63,384 nucleotides of DNA, filler included, from Globobulimina sp. (GCA_003354225.1; 29 parts of 29 records of this genome joined end to end with filler, not necessarily neighbours in it), one strand, 5' to 3'. Shown: positions 36,604 to 49,444, counted from the whole stretch's first letter. Numbers and translations: made by a program. Notes: generated by a model not told the origin, from the letters alone.

Positions 36604-37122
36604 TCAATCGTCTGATGGTATTCCTGATTTACCTGCTATTGCAGTAGATTGATATCCAGTATATGTTCCAGGATCATGAATATGTAAATTTAGACTTAGG
36701 ATTTCAGGTGTATTGAAATCCGTAGCTGAAAGAATACCAATATTTGTAAATAATCCAGTTGTGTTTATTATTGGAGCTGTCATACTGATTAATGTTGAAC
36801 TAATTAAATTTAATGCTGTTGTTCCTGTGATTGTAATAGTAGGAGCTGTAATAGCAGCATTAATACTATCAACTGTTACATTTGTTCCTTCAACTGCAAT
36901 ATTACCTGATGCTGTTGCATTTATATTAGCTCCTGTAATATTAACATCTCCTTGTACAATAATTGTTAAATCTGATTCGATAGTTAAAAATTTGTCAGCT
37001 TGTACTTCTTCTGTTATTGATCCATCAGATTCAAATTGTATAAACGAACCAGAATGATGATATATATTTATTCTTTCTTCACCATCTGTATCATCATATT
37101 CAATTAGATGTTTTTTTGTTTT
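36604..37122 (-). CDS. Phage baseplate central spike, gp5/gpV/gp138-like C-terminal part (5' partial; absent from the ORF track)
   Basis: Manual translation: HLIEYDDTDGEERINIYHHSGSFIQFESDG, then beta-helix repeats, ending ...SLNLHIHDPG with an HxH tip motif. Confidence 0.85.
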   Translation of the reverse strand, partial: KTKKHLIEYDDTDGEERINIYHHSGSFIQFESDGSITEEVQADKFLTIESDLTIIVQGDVNITGANINATASGNIAVEGTNVTVDSINAAITAPTITITGTTALNLISSTLISMTAPIINTTGLFTNIGILSATDFNTPEILSLNLHIHDPGTYTGYQSTAIAGKSGIPSDD

Positions 37123-37897
37123 TNNNNNNNNNNNNNNNNNNNNNNNNNNNNNNNNNNNNNNNNNNNNTTAATTAATTAANNNNNNNNNNNNNNNNNNNNN
37201 NNNNNNNNNNNNNNNNNNNNNNNAATACGTTGATATAATTCAGTATTTATTCGTTTAGTCTGTTAAATATTGATTGTAGACGGATAAAATCAACTGAATT
37301 ATCGATTTTACTTTCTTTTCACTTAAATGCACTAACTCTAATATTCAAAAACAAATCTTTCAGTTTGATTGAAAAATTTTTATAATTTTTTATAAATTCT
37401 GACTTCTAACACAAATGTATTGGTCACACTATGTTTTACCCGAAAGAATGCATAAATCTTTTTTTATCATTACAAACAATAAAAAATAATGTTATAACAT
37501 GAAAACAGAAAAAATTACCTCAACGAAATGATATATACAACTTTCTCATTCAGCATATAAATGGGCAGAAAATGAGCATTTTGACGTCATATCATGCTTT
37601 ATATTCCTTCAATATATTAATTGTTGATTGTTAAAATATAGGTTATGTACAAATGCATTGTTTATTGTTAAATCTTCTATGCTTGATTGCGAATATTGGA
37701 AACAAACACGTCTGAGGTTTTTGTTGGACATTCTTGAATGGCATATACTGAGGATCATTTTAGAAATAATACCGTTGTGGAACATACAACAGAATCAGTA
37801 CTTGATTTTGACGACACAACCTCTCAAACATCAACTCTTTATTCAAAGAAACAATATTGTATAGCATTGATGCATTATATAATCCCGCCTTTAATAT

Positions 37898-38350
37898 TTG
37901 ACCGAAGCGAAATATGAATGGTTTGAGAATACAAGCGATGAAAGCAATGATTATGGGAAAAGAACAAAAGAATATAAAGCGTTTAAAGATTCGTTCAAGT
38001 CCATGTTTTTAAAACGTTTATTAAAATATTGCCCGCAGGTTAAAGATAAGATTATTGAGTTCGAGATTGGTACGCCATTGTCCTCTGAGCATTTTTTGAA
38101 TACGTACAAAGGCGGCAGTTACGGCATTGCATGGAATACTGCGCGATTTAAGCATAGTTATACCAAGAAATATTTTAACATCAAAGCACCAGAAAATGCA
38201 AACATTAATAATTTGTACATTACGGGTGAATCATCATTATTTGGTGGCTTTGTGGGTGCGTTGTTGAGCGGATATCTCACTGCCATTAAAGTGTTGGGCT
38301 GGATTCCTTTTCTTTCAATTGTGTTAAACACGACTCGCGTTGAAGAATAA
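37898..38350 (+). CDS. Retinol saturase/phytoene desaturase family, C-terminal fragment
   Basis: GTPLS.EHFL...GGSYG, NLYITG and GFVGALLSG. The 5' part is missing (apparent chimeric join near 37890). Confidence 0.8.
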   Translation: MTEAKYEWFENTSDESNDYGKRTKEYKAFKDSFKSMFLKRLLKYCPQVKDKIIEFEIGTPLSSEHFLNTYKGGSYGIAWNTARFKHSYTKKYFNIKAPENANINNLYITGESSLFGGFVGALLSGYLTAIKVLGWIPFLSIVLNTTRVEE

Positions 38351-38599
38351 CACACTTTTGTGCATTTTATTTGTTTTTTTTGTATTTTAAATATTATTAT
38401 TTTAAATATTAAATTTAAATAATATTTGTCATGGCTTAGTTTGTTTTTTATCAGACGCCGTTGGAAAAAATAGAACTAAATTTACGAATATCATGACTAC
38501 GCAAATATGGCTGACGGGCTTTAGCGGATTACGTCAATTTAAAAAATAAAAGAAAAATGTGGAATTTTCTGGAATGTTTATTTATTTATTTATTTAATA

Positions 38600-39312
38600 T
38601 TATTCTGGATGAAGTCGTTTGATATGTCTTGCTTTGTTTGATTTGATGGTAAATGTTTGATGACATTGCTTGCAATCAAATAAATTGCGTTTATTCCTTT
38701 GCAAATGTGTATTATAATGAGTTTGCAATAATGATTTTTTCACAAATCTTCTTTTACATATTTTACAAAAATATGGATGGAATGCTATTCCATTCAATTC
38801 TTTCCAATGAACACATTTAATATGATTCCTTAACGTGGATGAATCTAAAAATTGCTTTTCGCAAAATTTGCATACTTCACATCTGGTGTTATTATGCGAT
38901 CTTAAATGAATTTTTAAATGTTTTCTTGATGTAAATAATTTATGGCATTTCTTATATGAACATTCATATCTCGGATAGTGACTTTTTTTATGTTTATTTA
39001 ATTTCCAATTTGCCATAAACACTGCATTGCATTCATCATAATCGCAACAATAAAATGCGTTGTTGCTGTTATTACTGCTTTTGTCACGGTGGTGGAATAA
39101 TAATTGATGCGATTGCAATTCTTTTCTATTACAAAATATGCGATAACAACTACGACAGCAAACAAATGAATGTGGGCAAATCTGATGATGTAACTTGATT
39201 TGATTTAGGTTTCTTTCAATTGCTTTGCGACAGACGCAGGTGGTTTTGAGTGCTTTTGATGATGTTGTTTTTGGTGCGGTTGTTTGCTTAGTATCATACA
39301 GCCCGCTTCCCA
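38600..39312 (-). CDS. C2H2 zinc-finger protein (5' partial)
   Basis: Five CxxC...HxxxH fingers. Confidence 0.9.
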
Positions 39313-39580
39313 NNNNNNNNNNNNNNNNNNNNNNNNNNNNNNNNNNNNNNNNNNNNTTAATTAATTAANNNNNNNNNNNNNNNNNNNNNNNNNNNNNNNN
39401 NNNNNNNNNNNNTTCAATTTTGAAGTTTTTGAGTTAGTACTTACTTTCAGTTTTTTATTTTTATCTTTGCACTCACATTTGCAGAACGTTTTTCCCAAGG
39501 GTTACAGGGTCTTGACCCCACTAGGTTGAATTGGTAAAAATATTGATATTATCTGTTGTTTACAAATGGGGGGTTATGTA

Positions 39581-41124
39581 TCAACTACTTTTAGGATCTA
39601 AAAAGACAATTAATTCATTTGTAATATTCAACACTTCCTGAAATTCTTGTTTATGTAAATTATCTCCATTCAGAAATAAATATACTCCGTAAATCTTATC
39701 ATTTTCATCCAATGATACTTCCAATGTGATTAATAAACTCTTTTTCATTGCGAGACCATTATAATTATCCAATCTATTTCTTGTGCCACGACCATGCATA
39801 CCGATACAAGCAAATCGTTGCATAAATTGTTTTATAGTGAAACTTTCTTTTATTCTCACAAAATATCCAATATTCCACAGTTGATTGCATAGAAAATGTC
39901 CATCGATTTGAGCCACATTGCTTAAAGTTTGGTGTATTGTTCCTTTCGGAGAACAAAGTGTCATAAATTTATCTAAAATGGGCGTAGTATCTGTTCGATG
40001 TCGCTTTTTTAATTTGTGCTGAATTGGAATATATCGATTTGAAAACGGTCGATAAGGCACAGGAAATAAATATGAATATGGATAATCATGGAACCATCCC
40101 ACCGGATATCTGATCATTTTCATCTTGTTTTTTGCATTGATATCAACATCGCAAATAATAAATATATCAATAAACGGAAATCCCAAACGGATGGAATCAT
40201 TAAAAAGCCATTTCATTGGCATTTTAGCTTCATGCGATCGCTTAATTATACATATAAATTATGTTTGTGTTGTACATAATATTCAGAAACAATTAAAAAC
40301 AAAAACGAGTAGATACATATTATTATATTTGTAATATAGCGTACCTTAAAAAATAATTTGAAAGTTCCTTGTTCCACTACATTGGTTCTAGCATATTCGC
40401 CATATTTTGAATGGGCGGATAAAGCGTCAACTTCGTGAATAAATGACTGTAAATATGATAAGTCGCCAATGTAATATTTAATGTCAATGTCGTCATCGTA
40501 CGGTATTCTGTTATGATGGCGGTACGATCCAATAATAGTTCCACCACTTACTGTCCATTTAAAGTGTTTGGTTTTGTCGTGTTTGTTATTCATTGTACGC
40601 GTTATTACAAATATTGCATCCAATAAAGCCATTAATTTATTGTGTTGATTGGGTGTCAATCTGTTTTGAAATATTGTTGTTTTTAAGTAGTTTACATTGT
40701 AAATAGTTTGGTTTGGATTAAATTTAAAGTTTGGATGAGAGGTAATGTAATTAAATAGTTTGGAATAATTAAGATTTGTTTCATTCAAAATGAACTTTAA
40801 TAAAGTAGATGGTGCTTCGATTGGTAGTTTTTGTTGAATTTCATAGTTTAGATTTTCTACACATTTACACATCAATTTATCCCATTTATTTAAACGCATT
40901 TTTAGTGTGTATTTTTCTGTGCATTCATCTTTTATCACCGTATATGTAATAGTTGATGAATGTGGATGTGTTGCAATCGCTTTTGGATGCGATATGTCGC
41001 TGAAATATTGCATCCAGAGCAGAATGAAAAGCCCCTGTAACGTTATCAGCAGCACTACAATGACAATACAATTATGTTTGAGCTGATTTCGAATTTGTAG
41101 ACATCGTCTTTGTTCGAGCAACAT
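39581..41124 (-). CDS. LicD/fukutin-related nucleotidyltransferase, type II membrane (intron 40241-40344)
   Basis: SGGTIIGSYRH..IPYDDDIDI, FPFIDIF and LFP..RPF. N-terminal TM. The distal 3' part is uncertain. Confidence 0.8.
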
Positions 41125-41601
41125 TATTAACAGACATAAATTGGCCTAGGAACTAGGTTTTTTTTTATTTCTTCAAAACACTAAGAAATCATTTTTTTTT
41201 GGTTAGATAACTACTTTATTTAGTTCGACAAAATTTATGTATTACCGTTTAATGGCGTTGTACCAACTTGTTTACTTATTCTACAACATTTCATGTACAA
41301 GAAAGAAATGGACAAGACAGACTTGTAGAACTTGACGGTGTGCCATTCTATTTTTTTAAAAGTATATGCAAAACAGCGTGTATAATTAACTATAAACTAT
41401 AATTAACTTTTTACTTTGATTGAGACAAACGTTATTTGTAAACAAATTTACGTCGTATATTCTGACAACCTGACTGAGAGTCTCCACAACCAAAAAAAAA
41501 ANNNNNNNNNNNNNNNNNNNNNNNNNNNNNNNNNNNNNNNNNNNNTTAATTAATTAANNNNNNNNNNNNNNNNNNNNNNNNNNNNNNNNNNNNNNNNNNN
41601 N

Positions 41602-42520
41602 ATTTATTATGCGTGCGATGTTCCTGTTTGATACCAATTTCGTTTCCATTTAAATCATAAATATTTAATATCTTAATATATGCCTCAAAATCCATTGTAT
41701 CTAAATGTTTAATATATTTTGACTCACAAAAATCAACAATGCCACGATGTTGATCTTGCAAACTATACGTTTTTATTCTGGTTTTATCGTATTCAATGTC
41801 CAGGCATTTAAATCTAAATTTTATTTTTATTTTTGATACATTCGCCGGCAAATAATTTAATTGCAATGAGAGAGACATAAATCCATTCCATTTCTCATTA
41901 AAACCATAAGGAAAACACGCAATGGACCACATATTTGCGATTGATATCGGTTCACTAAATCTTTTACCATAATAACAACTCATTTGATTGTTGAACTTAT
42001 CCATCATTTCTTCATTAATATGCCAGGATAATTTATATTCTCTCTGCAAATCATTGATGTTGTCATAATTATAAAAATGATATAAATGTTTACTGTCATT
42101 TTGTTTAATTTCAATTATATTTATAGTTACTTCAAAGGTTATTGTTTTCAGTGAATGCATTTGTTGCAATTCATTTAATAGTAATAAACGATTTGACCAT
42201 CGAATGTTTTTATTTTTATTACCATTGTTTGTCAATGACGAGATACCATTGACTTGACACATTGTTTCAAGACATTTTAATGACCAATTAAATGTGATAT
42301 ATTTCCATTCATTTGGTACTTTCAGCACAGATAAAAACAATATCAATGATCCGCTGTCTGTTAATGTTTTGCCATTTGGAAATATCACCAGTTTACATAT
42401 TAAATTACATATTGTAAAAGCATCAGACATGAATTTTTGTCCCGTCTTGCAATTCATTATTTTATCGAGCATTGAATCATCATAAATATTCCATAAATGT
42501 ACATCATAATGAGCCGCCAT
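41602..42520 (-). CDS. Tandem MATH/TRAF-domain protein
   Basis: Two repeats of W.I....F.S..F...W.L..FP.G.....SL.L. Confidence 0.8.
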
Positions 42521-42590
42521 TATCGTACCACAAAAAACTTTCAATTAAAATCACTAGATTTAGGGACATGAAATTTGAAAAAAAAAAGAA

Positions 42591-43690
42591 TCATTGAATC
42601 AACAATGAAGTTAATGATTTTTTCAGAAACTGTCTCTTTGTACTATTTTTTGTGCATTGATAGCAACACCGATCACATTTATCACATAAGCAATGATACA
42701 TTTTATGATTATACCTATACACAAATAAGTACAATGCCAATAAATTAACCAATATATCCAATGCCCTCCCTATAGAAACAGTTGCTATCCATATATCCGT
42801 ATAATCCTCTTTATCCATGAAAAATAACCATACGAACACCGTTATATAATAGATCTGACTGCTCAAAATTGCTACGCTGCTCAATACAGTTACTCTCGTT
42901 ATGACATGAATTATATTTTCCAATGGAGTATCAGTAAAAGTTATTTTCCGTAAATTTCTTGATACCACACCATCTATATATAAATTATAAAATAAATAAA
43001 AACACATAACATTCCAACAGTGCCGTACCTAAATCAACATCTTCTTCATCTTCATCCAATAGCAAATTACCATCATTATATTGCAAACGTACTTGATTCT
43101 CATCATCGCTGTCATCATTTTCTGCAAAATTAGGCCTCAGAAAATCCTCAAAACTGAAAGATTGTGCCACTATGACATTTTTCAAAGCTTTGTTAAATAA
43201 ATAAAAAGTAGCCACGTTGAGGTATGAATCTATTATGACAGTTATAACCAAAGCAATCTTTTGAATCAGCTCAAAATGTTTGTTTGTGAATACAGCGTCT
43301 AATGACTCCAATTGATATATAATAATGCATGGAATTGTGAGATAAATTGGCATTGAAACAATAAATAACTGTTTATTGGAATAGCCAGCAGTGCCTAACG
43401 ATATTTTTAAGCGGCCATATATTAAATGGATGTATAATGATAACGTAACAAGGAAAAAAAATGTACTTGCTAGTTTTGAATGGGTTGAGTGTATATAACA
43501 TGATTTAAAAGTTTGCGGCGGATCATGATGGTAACAGAACCACAAATGAATGCCATTGAATGTCACAGAACATATACCACAAATAAAGCAGCAAACTGTA
43601 GTACTCACCAATATCGCATGGATTTTGTTTTTCTCATTCTGATACTTTCTGTCTTTTATCAATTGGTAGGTCACATTGACGAACAATAGC
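42591..43690 (-). CDS. 7-transmembrane GPCR-like protein (5' partial; intron 42974-43028)
   Basis: Serial TM helices, a long loop after TM5 and a Cys-rich tail (LC..CD.CC). The intron restores frame. Confidence 0.65.
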
Positions 43691-44435
43691 NNNNNNNNNN
43701 NNNNNNNNNNNNNNNNNNNNNNNNNNNNNNNNNNTTAATTAATTAANNNNNNNNNNNNNNNNNNNNNNNNNNNNNNNNNNNNNNNNNNNNCTAGTTGTTT
43801 TTCTAAATCATCAATATGTTTTTCAAGAGTGTCGATCCTAGCCGAATTCATGTCCATCTATAATTTATTATAATTTATGTGCATATGGAAAATTATTTAA
43901 ATGAAATGTAAAAGCAAATGATAAATATAATGTGTTAAAAAATTGATTGAGAATCGAGATATTGAATTTGATATTTAATATATGATGTAAAAGCAAATGT
44001 ATTGTAAAATATATAATATATAGGTATAATATACCAGTTTGTTATTTAAATAGAATAGTGATGTGTATTGCATAAAGTCCACAGCTGGACTTAAGTTTGT
44101 TTTACAGTATAAATGAACTTTTCGTTTTTTAAAAAACTTTTGAAATATAGTAGTAACTGAAGTAGTTGTAAAATAATACATAGTTACATTTTTAATTTTA
44201 ACAAATATCGGATAGTAGAATCTTTTTAATAACTACTAAAGAAATAATAAACCAAATATATAGTAAAAGCTAGCTGAACACTCTGGAGCGGTTACCTCAC
44301 CTCACAGAGGCCAACTAGTAAATATAATATTTACAAAGTGAAAATGAATAGATACAAATGTATCAGTGCAAAAAAACTAGACTTATAACCAAAACTTTTT
44401 TAGTAGATTATATGATATTACGAAAATAGATAAAA

Positions 44436-44530
44436 GGTTCTACCTATCTGAATCAGGTTTCGGTCCCAAGTCTAGACCAAATTCAGTGTGCTATTGATTG
44501 GACCTCGTCAGTAGACTACCAATAGCATCG
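44436..44530 (-). ncRNA. Hammerhead-ribozyme-like core (Penelope-type candidate)
   Basis: Minus strand: CUGACGA (44511-44505), stem II GGUCC/GGACC, GAAA (44461-44458), stem III ACCU/AGGU and a GUA triplet. Stem I is weak. Confidence 0.5.
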
Positions 44531-45407
44531 AAGCTCATGATTAGAACAGAAAGTTATAAAACACATTTTTGACCAAAACGTCCCTATTCTACTCTTAGAA
44601 AAAATTTTAAAAAATTTTAAAAAACAATATTATAAAAAGAATTGTGTTAACCAAAAAATACAGACTATGAAGGAGAGTTTAGAAGTTTGTTTACAAGTTG
44701 GAAAATTACATTTTTTGTGCAAAACTTTTTTATTTATTTTAAAAAATTGGTACACTGTTTATAATATAATATGAACGCTAAAATGTTTTACTTGAATGGT
44801 TGAGTTGTTTTGTTGTTCATCATCATCATTTCCTTCTTGTCTGTTTCGTTTATTTCCACCTCCTGGAGCCATCATTTTCTACATACACAAAAGCGGACAG
44901 AAATTAAAATAATGATTTTGGTTTCGGTGAAAAACTTTTCAGAATTATTATCTGAGGTATAAAATGTCAATTTTTAGGTCTGACGGCAAATAACTAACAA
45001 AATTTACCTAATCTCTGACTTGCTCCGTTTATTAAATTGCTTATTATTTGCAACCATGCTTTATTTTCTGCTGAGGAAAATTACCAACTAACAAGACTAT
45101 TTGGCGCAATTTAAAGTAAGTGCGCTAAGCAATGCCATAGGCAAAGCCAAGATTAGATGCACAAAAGTAACGCAATATTAGCACCACTCGCCTGTAGGTG
45201 AGTAAATAAAACCGCTAGCTTAAAAGCTAGTAATGAATTAGCACCGCTCACCAAAAGGCGAGTAAATATAATCCGCAAATTATAGATTCAACTAGGCAAA
45301 CTGTCAGATCAAGAGTTTATTACCAAATTTAGCTATTTTTAATTTGTTATCTAGCTTGAATTTAAGTAATAAGGGACTATATGTTGCCGCGAATTTGAAA
45401 AACGTAT

Positions 45408-45879
45408 CGGACATATTGCTTTTTTCTTCTCCCAGTCGATCTGAAAATGAGCAACATCAAATCCTGTTCTTTCGCGAAACTGCCAACTGCGATCATCACG
45501 AACAGGGGCTATGAGATTAATTCCATAGTTATTTTGACTATCTACAAAAAGCCCGGCAGAACTGTAACCCATATCGGCAATGTGTTGCCCTGGCAGGCAG
45601 TCTAGTTGGTCTAAATCTGCATGAATATCGTTCACTACTTCTACATCTTGCACTGTTGAGGCGGTGGTTTCGACATGAGTGATTAAATTCGGGCTATCAT
45701 CATCACATGTTTCTGTTAAGTGGACTTTATATCCAACCCAAGTTACACTTCGTTTTGTACAGTAGCGGGCATCTGTCTCATATGGCGATTGAATACGAAT
45801 ACCACACGGCGGTAGCTCTTTTAGGGAGCGCCAACACAAGGCACTATCATCAAAATAATATTGTTGCACCCACGTCTGA
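45408..45879 (-). mobile_element. IS1182-family-like DDE transposase fragment (bacterial)
   Basis: SPYETDARYCTKR...WVGYKVHLTETCD..P.LITHVETT, DMGY and F.IDW....CP. The sequence breaks off after CP. Confidence 0.85.
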
Positions 45880-46291
45880 NNNNNNNNNNNNNNNNNNNNN
45901 NNNNNNNNNNNNNNNNNNNNNNNTTAATTAATTAANNNNNNNNNNNNNNNNNNNNNNNNNNNNNNNNNNNNNNNNNNNNTTCCTATCAGTTGCTGTTTCA
46001 TCATTATTTGCTTTTGAGTCAACACAATCGATATATTCTTTTCTCTCTGCGGTAACAGTTTTATTTTGTTTGACTACATTTGTATTAATTTCATCTTGCA
46101 ATTGTTTCTCAGCATTTGTTGATTGTTTTTTTGAAAATGTCTCATCATTCATTGCTACACCAATTGCCTTTGAGTCAACAGACTCAACACACCCCATTTG
46201 TGAATCTATAGCTGAGTGGTTCAGGAATGTATTTAAATGCTGTGACACTTTAATAGTGCCAAATAATTCTTGTGTGTTTTTATTTATATAA

Positions 46292-46814
46292 ATGGAGATG
46301 ATAAAAAAGCAGGACGACAACAAAGACGACAACAAAGATGATAAAAAAGGAGATGATAAACCAGAAGAAAAGCCGGATATTGATTTGAATGCAATTGGAA
46401 AAGCTTTTGTTGAACATTATTATACATTATTTGATAGCAATAGATTGCAATTGGCTGATTTATATGTTATGTTCTACTGTTATGTCACACACATTTTGCA
46501 ATACATTTTTTATATATATCCAGCAAGATACATCGATGCTAAGTTTCGAGAATGAACACTATGCCGGAAAAAAGCAAATTATGGCCAAATTATGCAATGG
46601 AGTATTTTTCAAGAAAATTCAACATATTCCAAAGACATTGGATGTTCAGCCCTCGGGTGCCAATGGACTAATGATTATGTGTACCGGTGATGTGAAAGTC
46701 GATGAGGAGACAAATCCATTAAAATTTGGACAAATGTTTCATTTATTACCCACTGACAATGCATTTCAACGGTTTTGGTTACATAATGACATTTTCAGAT
46801 TAAATTATTGTTGA
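46292..46814 (+). CDS. NTF2: Nuclear transport factor 2 (intron 46466-46523)
   Basis: IGKAFVEHYY..FD..R..L..LY/SMLSFE, LDVQP, F.QMFHL and NDIFRLNY. Confidence 0.93.
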
Positions 46815-46960
46815 TCAACCTCCTACCAATCCTCTGTTGTACTATATAAGTTTGAACCAGTTCTTGTGCAATGTGCAAGGATCATATATAAAATGTCAAA
46901 ACAAACCACAATTTTATATCATATCTTTATAAAATCAAAAAAAAAAAGTGCGTATTTGAT

Positions 46961-47768
46961 TCAATCATCGTCCACATCATCTTTATGTTCATCCTGATAT
47001 GTTTTTATTCGTTGATCTAATTCCTTTGAATCGAATTGATGATATTTTGGTTTATTTTTTTCCAATCTTAACACACAAAGTTCCAATTGGTCCGCATCCA
47101 ATGTGGGCGAATCCATAGTTTTGGTCAATATTTTAATACATAAATCTATGGCTTCCTAAGTCAATATTTTAATAAGTCACAAAACAGTGCAAGGATACGG
47201 TTAAATACTTAACATCCAAAGTTAAATTTTCTTTAAAGTCTTCTTTTAAAATCGATTGTGCAGATTTAGCGTTATTGCCAATGCTCGTCGCTTGCCATTC
47301 GGCATAATTGCCAGAAGGATCAGAATGGAATAATTGGAAACCATCTTTTTTATTGTAACCGGCCCATAACATAGAGACACCAAATGGTCGTAAACCACCA
47401 AATTGCGTAAAATATTGGGTATAATTACATGTGTCATGGACGCACATTTCTAATGGGATATCTTGTTGGTATTTATATTGATATCGCGCTGAATTTAATT
47501 GGGCATCGTCCACTAAAATATTGGCATCGGCGGTTATTCCGGCAACGGCCACAACAATGTGATCTGCGATGATTGCAAATTTCTCGGAGCGTTCTGGGAT
47601 CCATAACTTTGATTTTATATTCTTCTCACCAACCAATAATATGCCACCTTTAAATGTTATGCCAATGCAGGCTGACGCTTGTCTTATTGCCTCCATTGCA
47701 TATTCGACTTGGAAGAGTCTTCCGTCGGGGCTGAAGGTGGTTGTTCTGCGATCATATCGACGGGCCAT
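46961..47768 (-). CDS. PSMA4: 20S proteasome subunit alpha-3 (intron 47156-47213)
   Basis: MARRYDRRTTTFSPDGRLFQVEYAMEAI, TQFGGLRPFGVS and SDPSGNY. Confidence 0.95.
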
Positions 47769-48467
47769 ACTGCAAAGTTACCAAACGATTTGGTGCTATT
47801 CACGATAGTGACGAAAACAGTATAGTAAGTCTTAAAATCTATGCTCGCAAGTATAAGTTTCGCAAGTGTACTGCTAAAAAATATAGATACAAGAAATAAA
47901 TGTAATGCTATACAACATATATACATATGTATACAAAAAAAAAGATAATATCCACATTCCGCAATCCTTTCCATTACACATCTTCATCCTTTTGGTCATC
48001 TTTAGAATCCGCTTCATCCTTCGAGTCCACAGCAACGCCATGATACTCCACAGCAGGCTCTTCCTCCANNNNNNNNNNNNNNNNNNNNNNNNNNNNNNNN
48101 NNNNNNNNNNNNTTAATTAATTAANNNNNNNNNNNNNNNNNNNNNNNNNNNNNNNNNNNNNNNNNNNNAAAGTCTCGTGTCCAGTGTGTGCTTATTGTAT
48201 TATTCAAAATTCATGCAACGCAGGTTTACAATTAGGCGCTATTATGTGTGGTATCGATTGTGCATTTGGTGCTGTTGCCCTCGGCAGTTTTTATATGATA
48301 AAAGCGAAATGTCCGCACGGATATATGTGGTTAAAGGCACATTGTCCAAATCCGTTTTATGAAAAGAAAGATTCAAGCAGTGATGACTAAAACTTTGTGC
48401 ATTAATTAATTAACATGTAATAATAAAAAACTTTGACTGAAAAACTACGTAACTTAAACTGAGTGTA

Positions 48468-49193
48468 ATGTCGCATGAGTCTCGATTTGAGTTAGATTTA
48501 GCTCATCACGATTCGAGTAGAAATGCGTTGCTGAGCAACATCTCTCGGCCTCCGGAGATGCCACAAACCAAAAACGTAGTGGCAACAATGAACGTAACCT
48601 GCAAACTAGATTTAAAGCAAATTGTAACCAAATCGCGAAATTCGGAATATAATCCTAAGCGTTTTGCGGCTGTAATTATGAGAATACGTGAACCAAAGTC
48701 GACAGCAATAATATTTTCGTCTGGCAAAGTTGTTCTGACCGGAGCCAGAACAGAAAATGACGCATGGATATCGGCACGAAAATATGTTCGAATCTTACAA
48801 AAACTGGATTTCCCCGCAAAATTCACTGAATATAAAGTGGTGAACATTGTTGGTTGTTGTTCCTGTGGATTCCCACTGCGATTGGAGTCTTTTGCTCATT
48901 TTAAGTCTCAAAATATATCGTATGAACCGGAGTTATTTCCAGGACTTATTTACAGAATGAAACAGCCAAAAGTTGTGCTTTTAATATTTGTCTCTGGTAA
49001 GATTGTGCTGACCGGCGCCAAATCAAAAGGTCAAATCGATCAATCTTTTAAACTCATTTGGCCCATTTTGCAAAAATTTAAAAAACAATACCAAGATAAC
49101 AACAATTCCCAACGAATGGATGTTGACTATGTTGATGATATGGATGATATGAAGGATCACGATGACGAGGAATATGATTTTGAGGATGAATAG
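48468..49193 (+). CDS. TBP: TATA-binding protein
   Basis: [31 protein letters not shown] and [14 protein letters not shown]. Acidic C-terminal tail. Confidence 0.97.
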   Translation: MSHESRFELDLAHHDSSRNALLSNISRPPEMPQTKNVVATMNVTCKLDLKQIVTKSRNSEYNPKRFAAVIMRIREPKSTAIIFSSGKVVLTGARTENDAWISARKYVRILQKLDFPAKFTEYKVVNIVGCCSCGFPLRLESFAHFKSQNISYEPELFPGLIYRMKQPKVVLLIFVSGKIVLTGAKSKGQIDQSFKLIWPILQKFKKQYQDNNNSQRMDVDYVDDMDDMKDHDDEEYDFEDE

Positions 49194-49444
49194 CATGCAA
49201 ATTGCAACACTTTGATTTCATCAACATTCAATTCATTGTGTGCAAGGATGAAAAAAATGTCAATGTTTATTGTTTAATCATTAGTGGTCTGCCCGGATAA
49301 GTGTTTTGGGTTTGAGACTTTGAGTGTGCACAAAAAAGTTTTTCTTTTCCACCACAAGATATAAACTATCATAATCATATTCATCCTAATCCCTATCACA
49401 CTCAACATTGGTATTACATACTGACAAAACGTGCACTATCAGTA

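Noticed and set aside
36713-37057. Plus-strand 114-aa hydrophobic ORF
   Set aside because: It is the antisense shadow of the phage spike gene.
43939-43946. AAAATTGA mimivirus early-promoter motif
   Set aside because: It is expected by chance in AT-rich DNA, and no suitably oriented viral ORF follows.
20021-49193. Genome-wide stop-codon reassignment
   Set aside because: Only one in-frame TAG was found. Conserved genes are otherwise open in the standard code and end at TAA, TGA or TAG.
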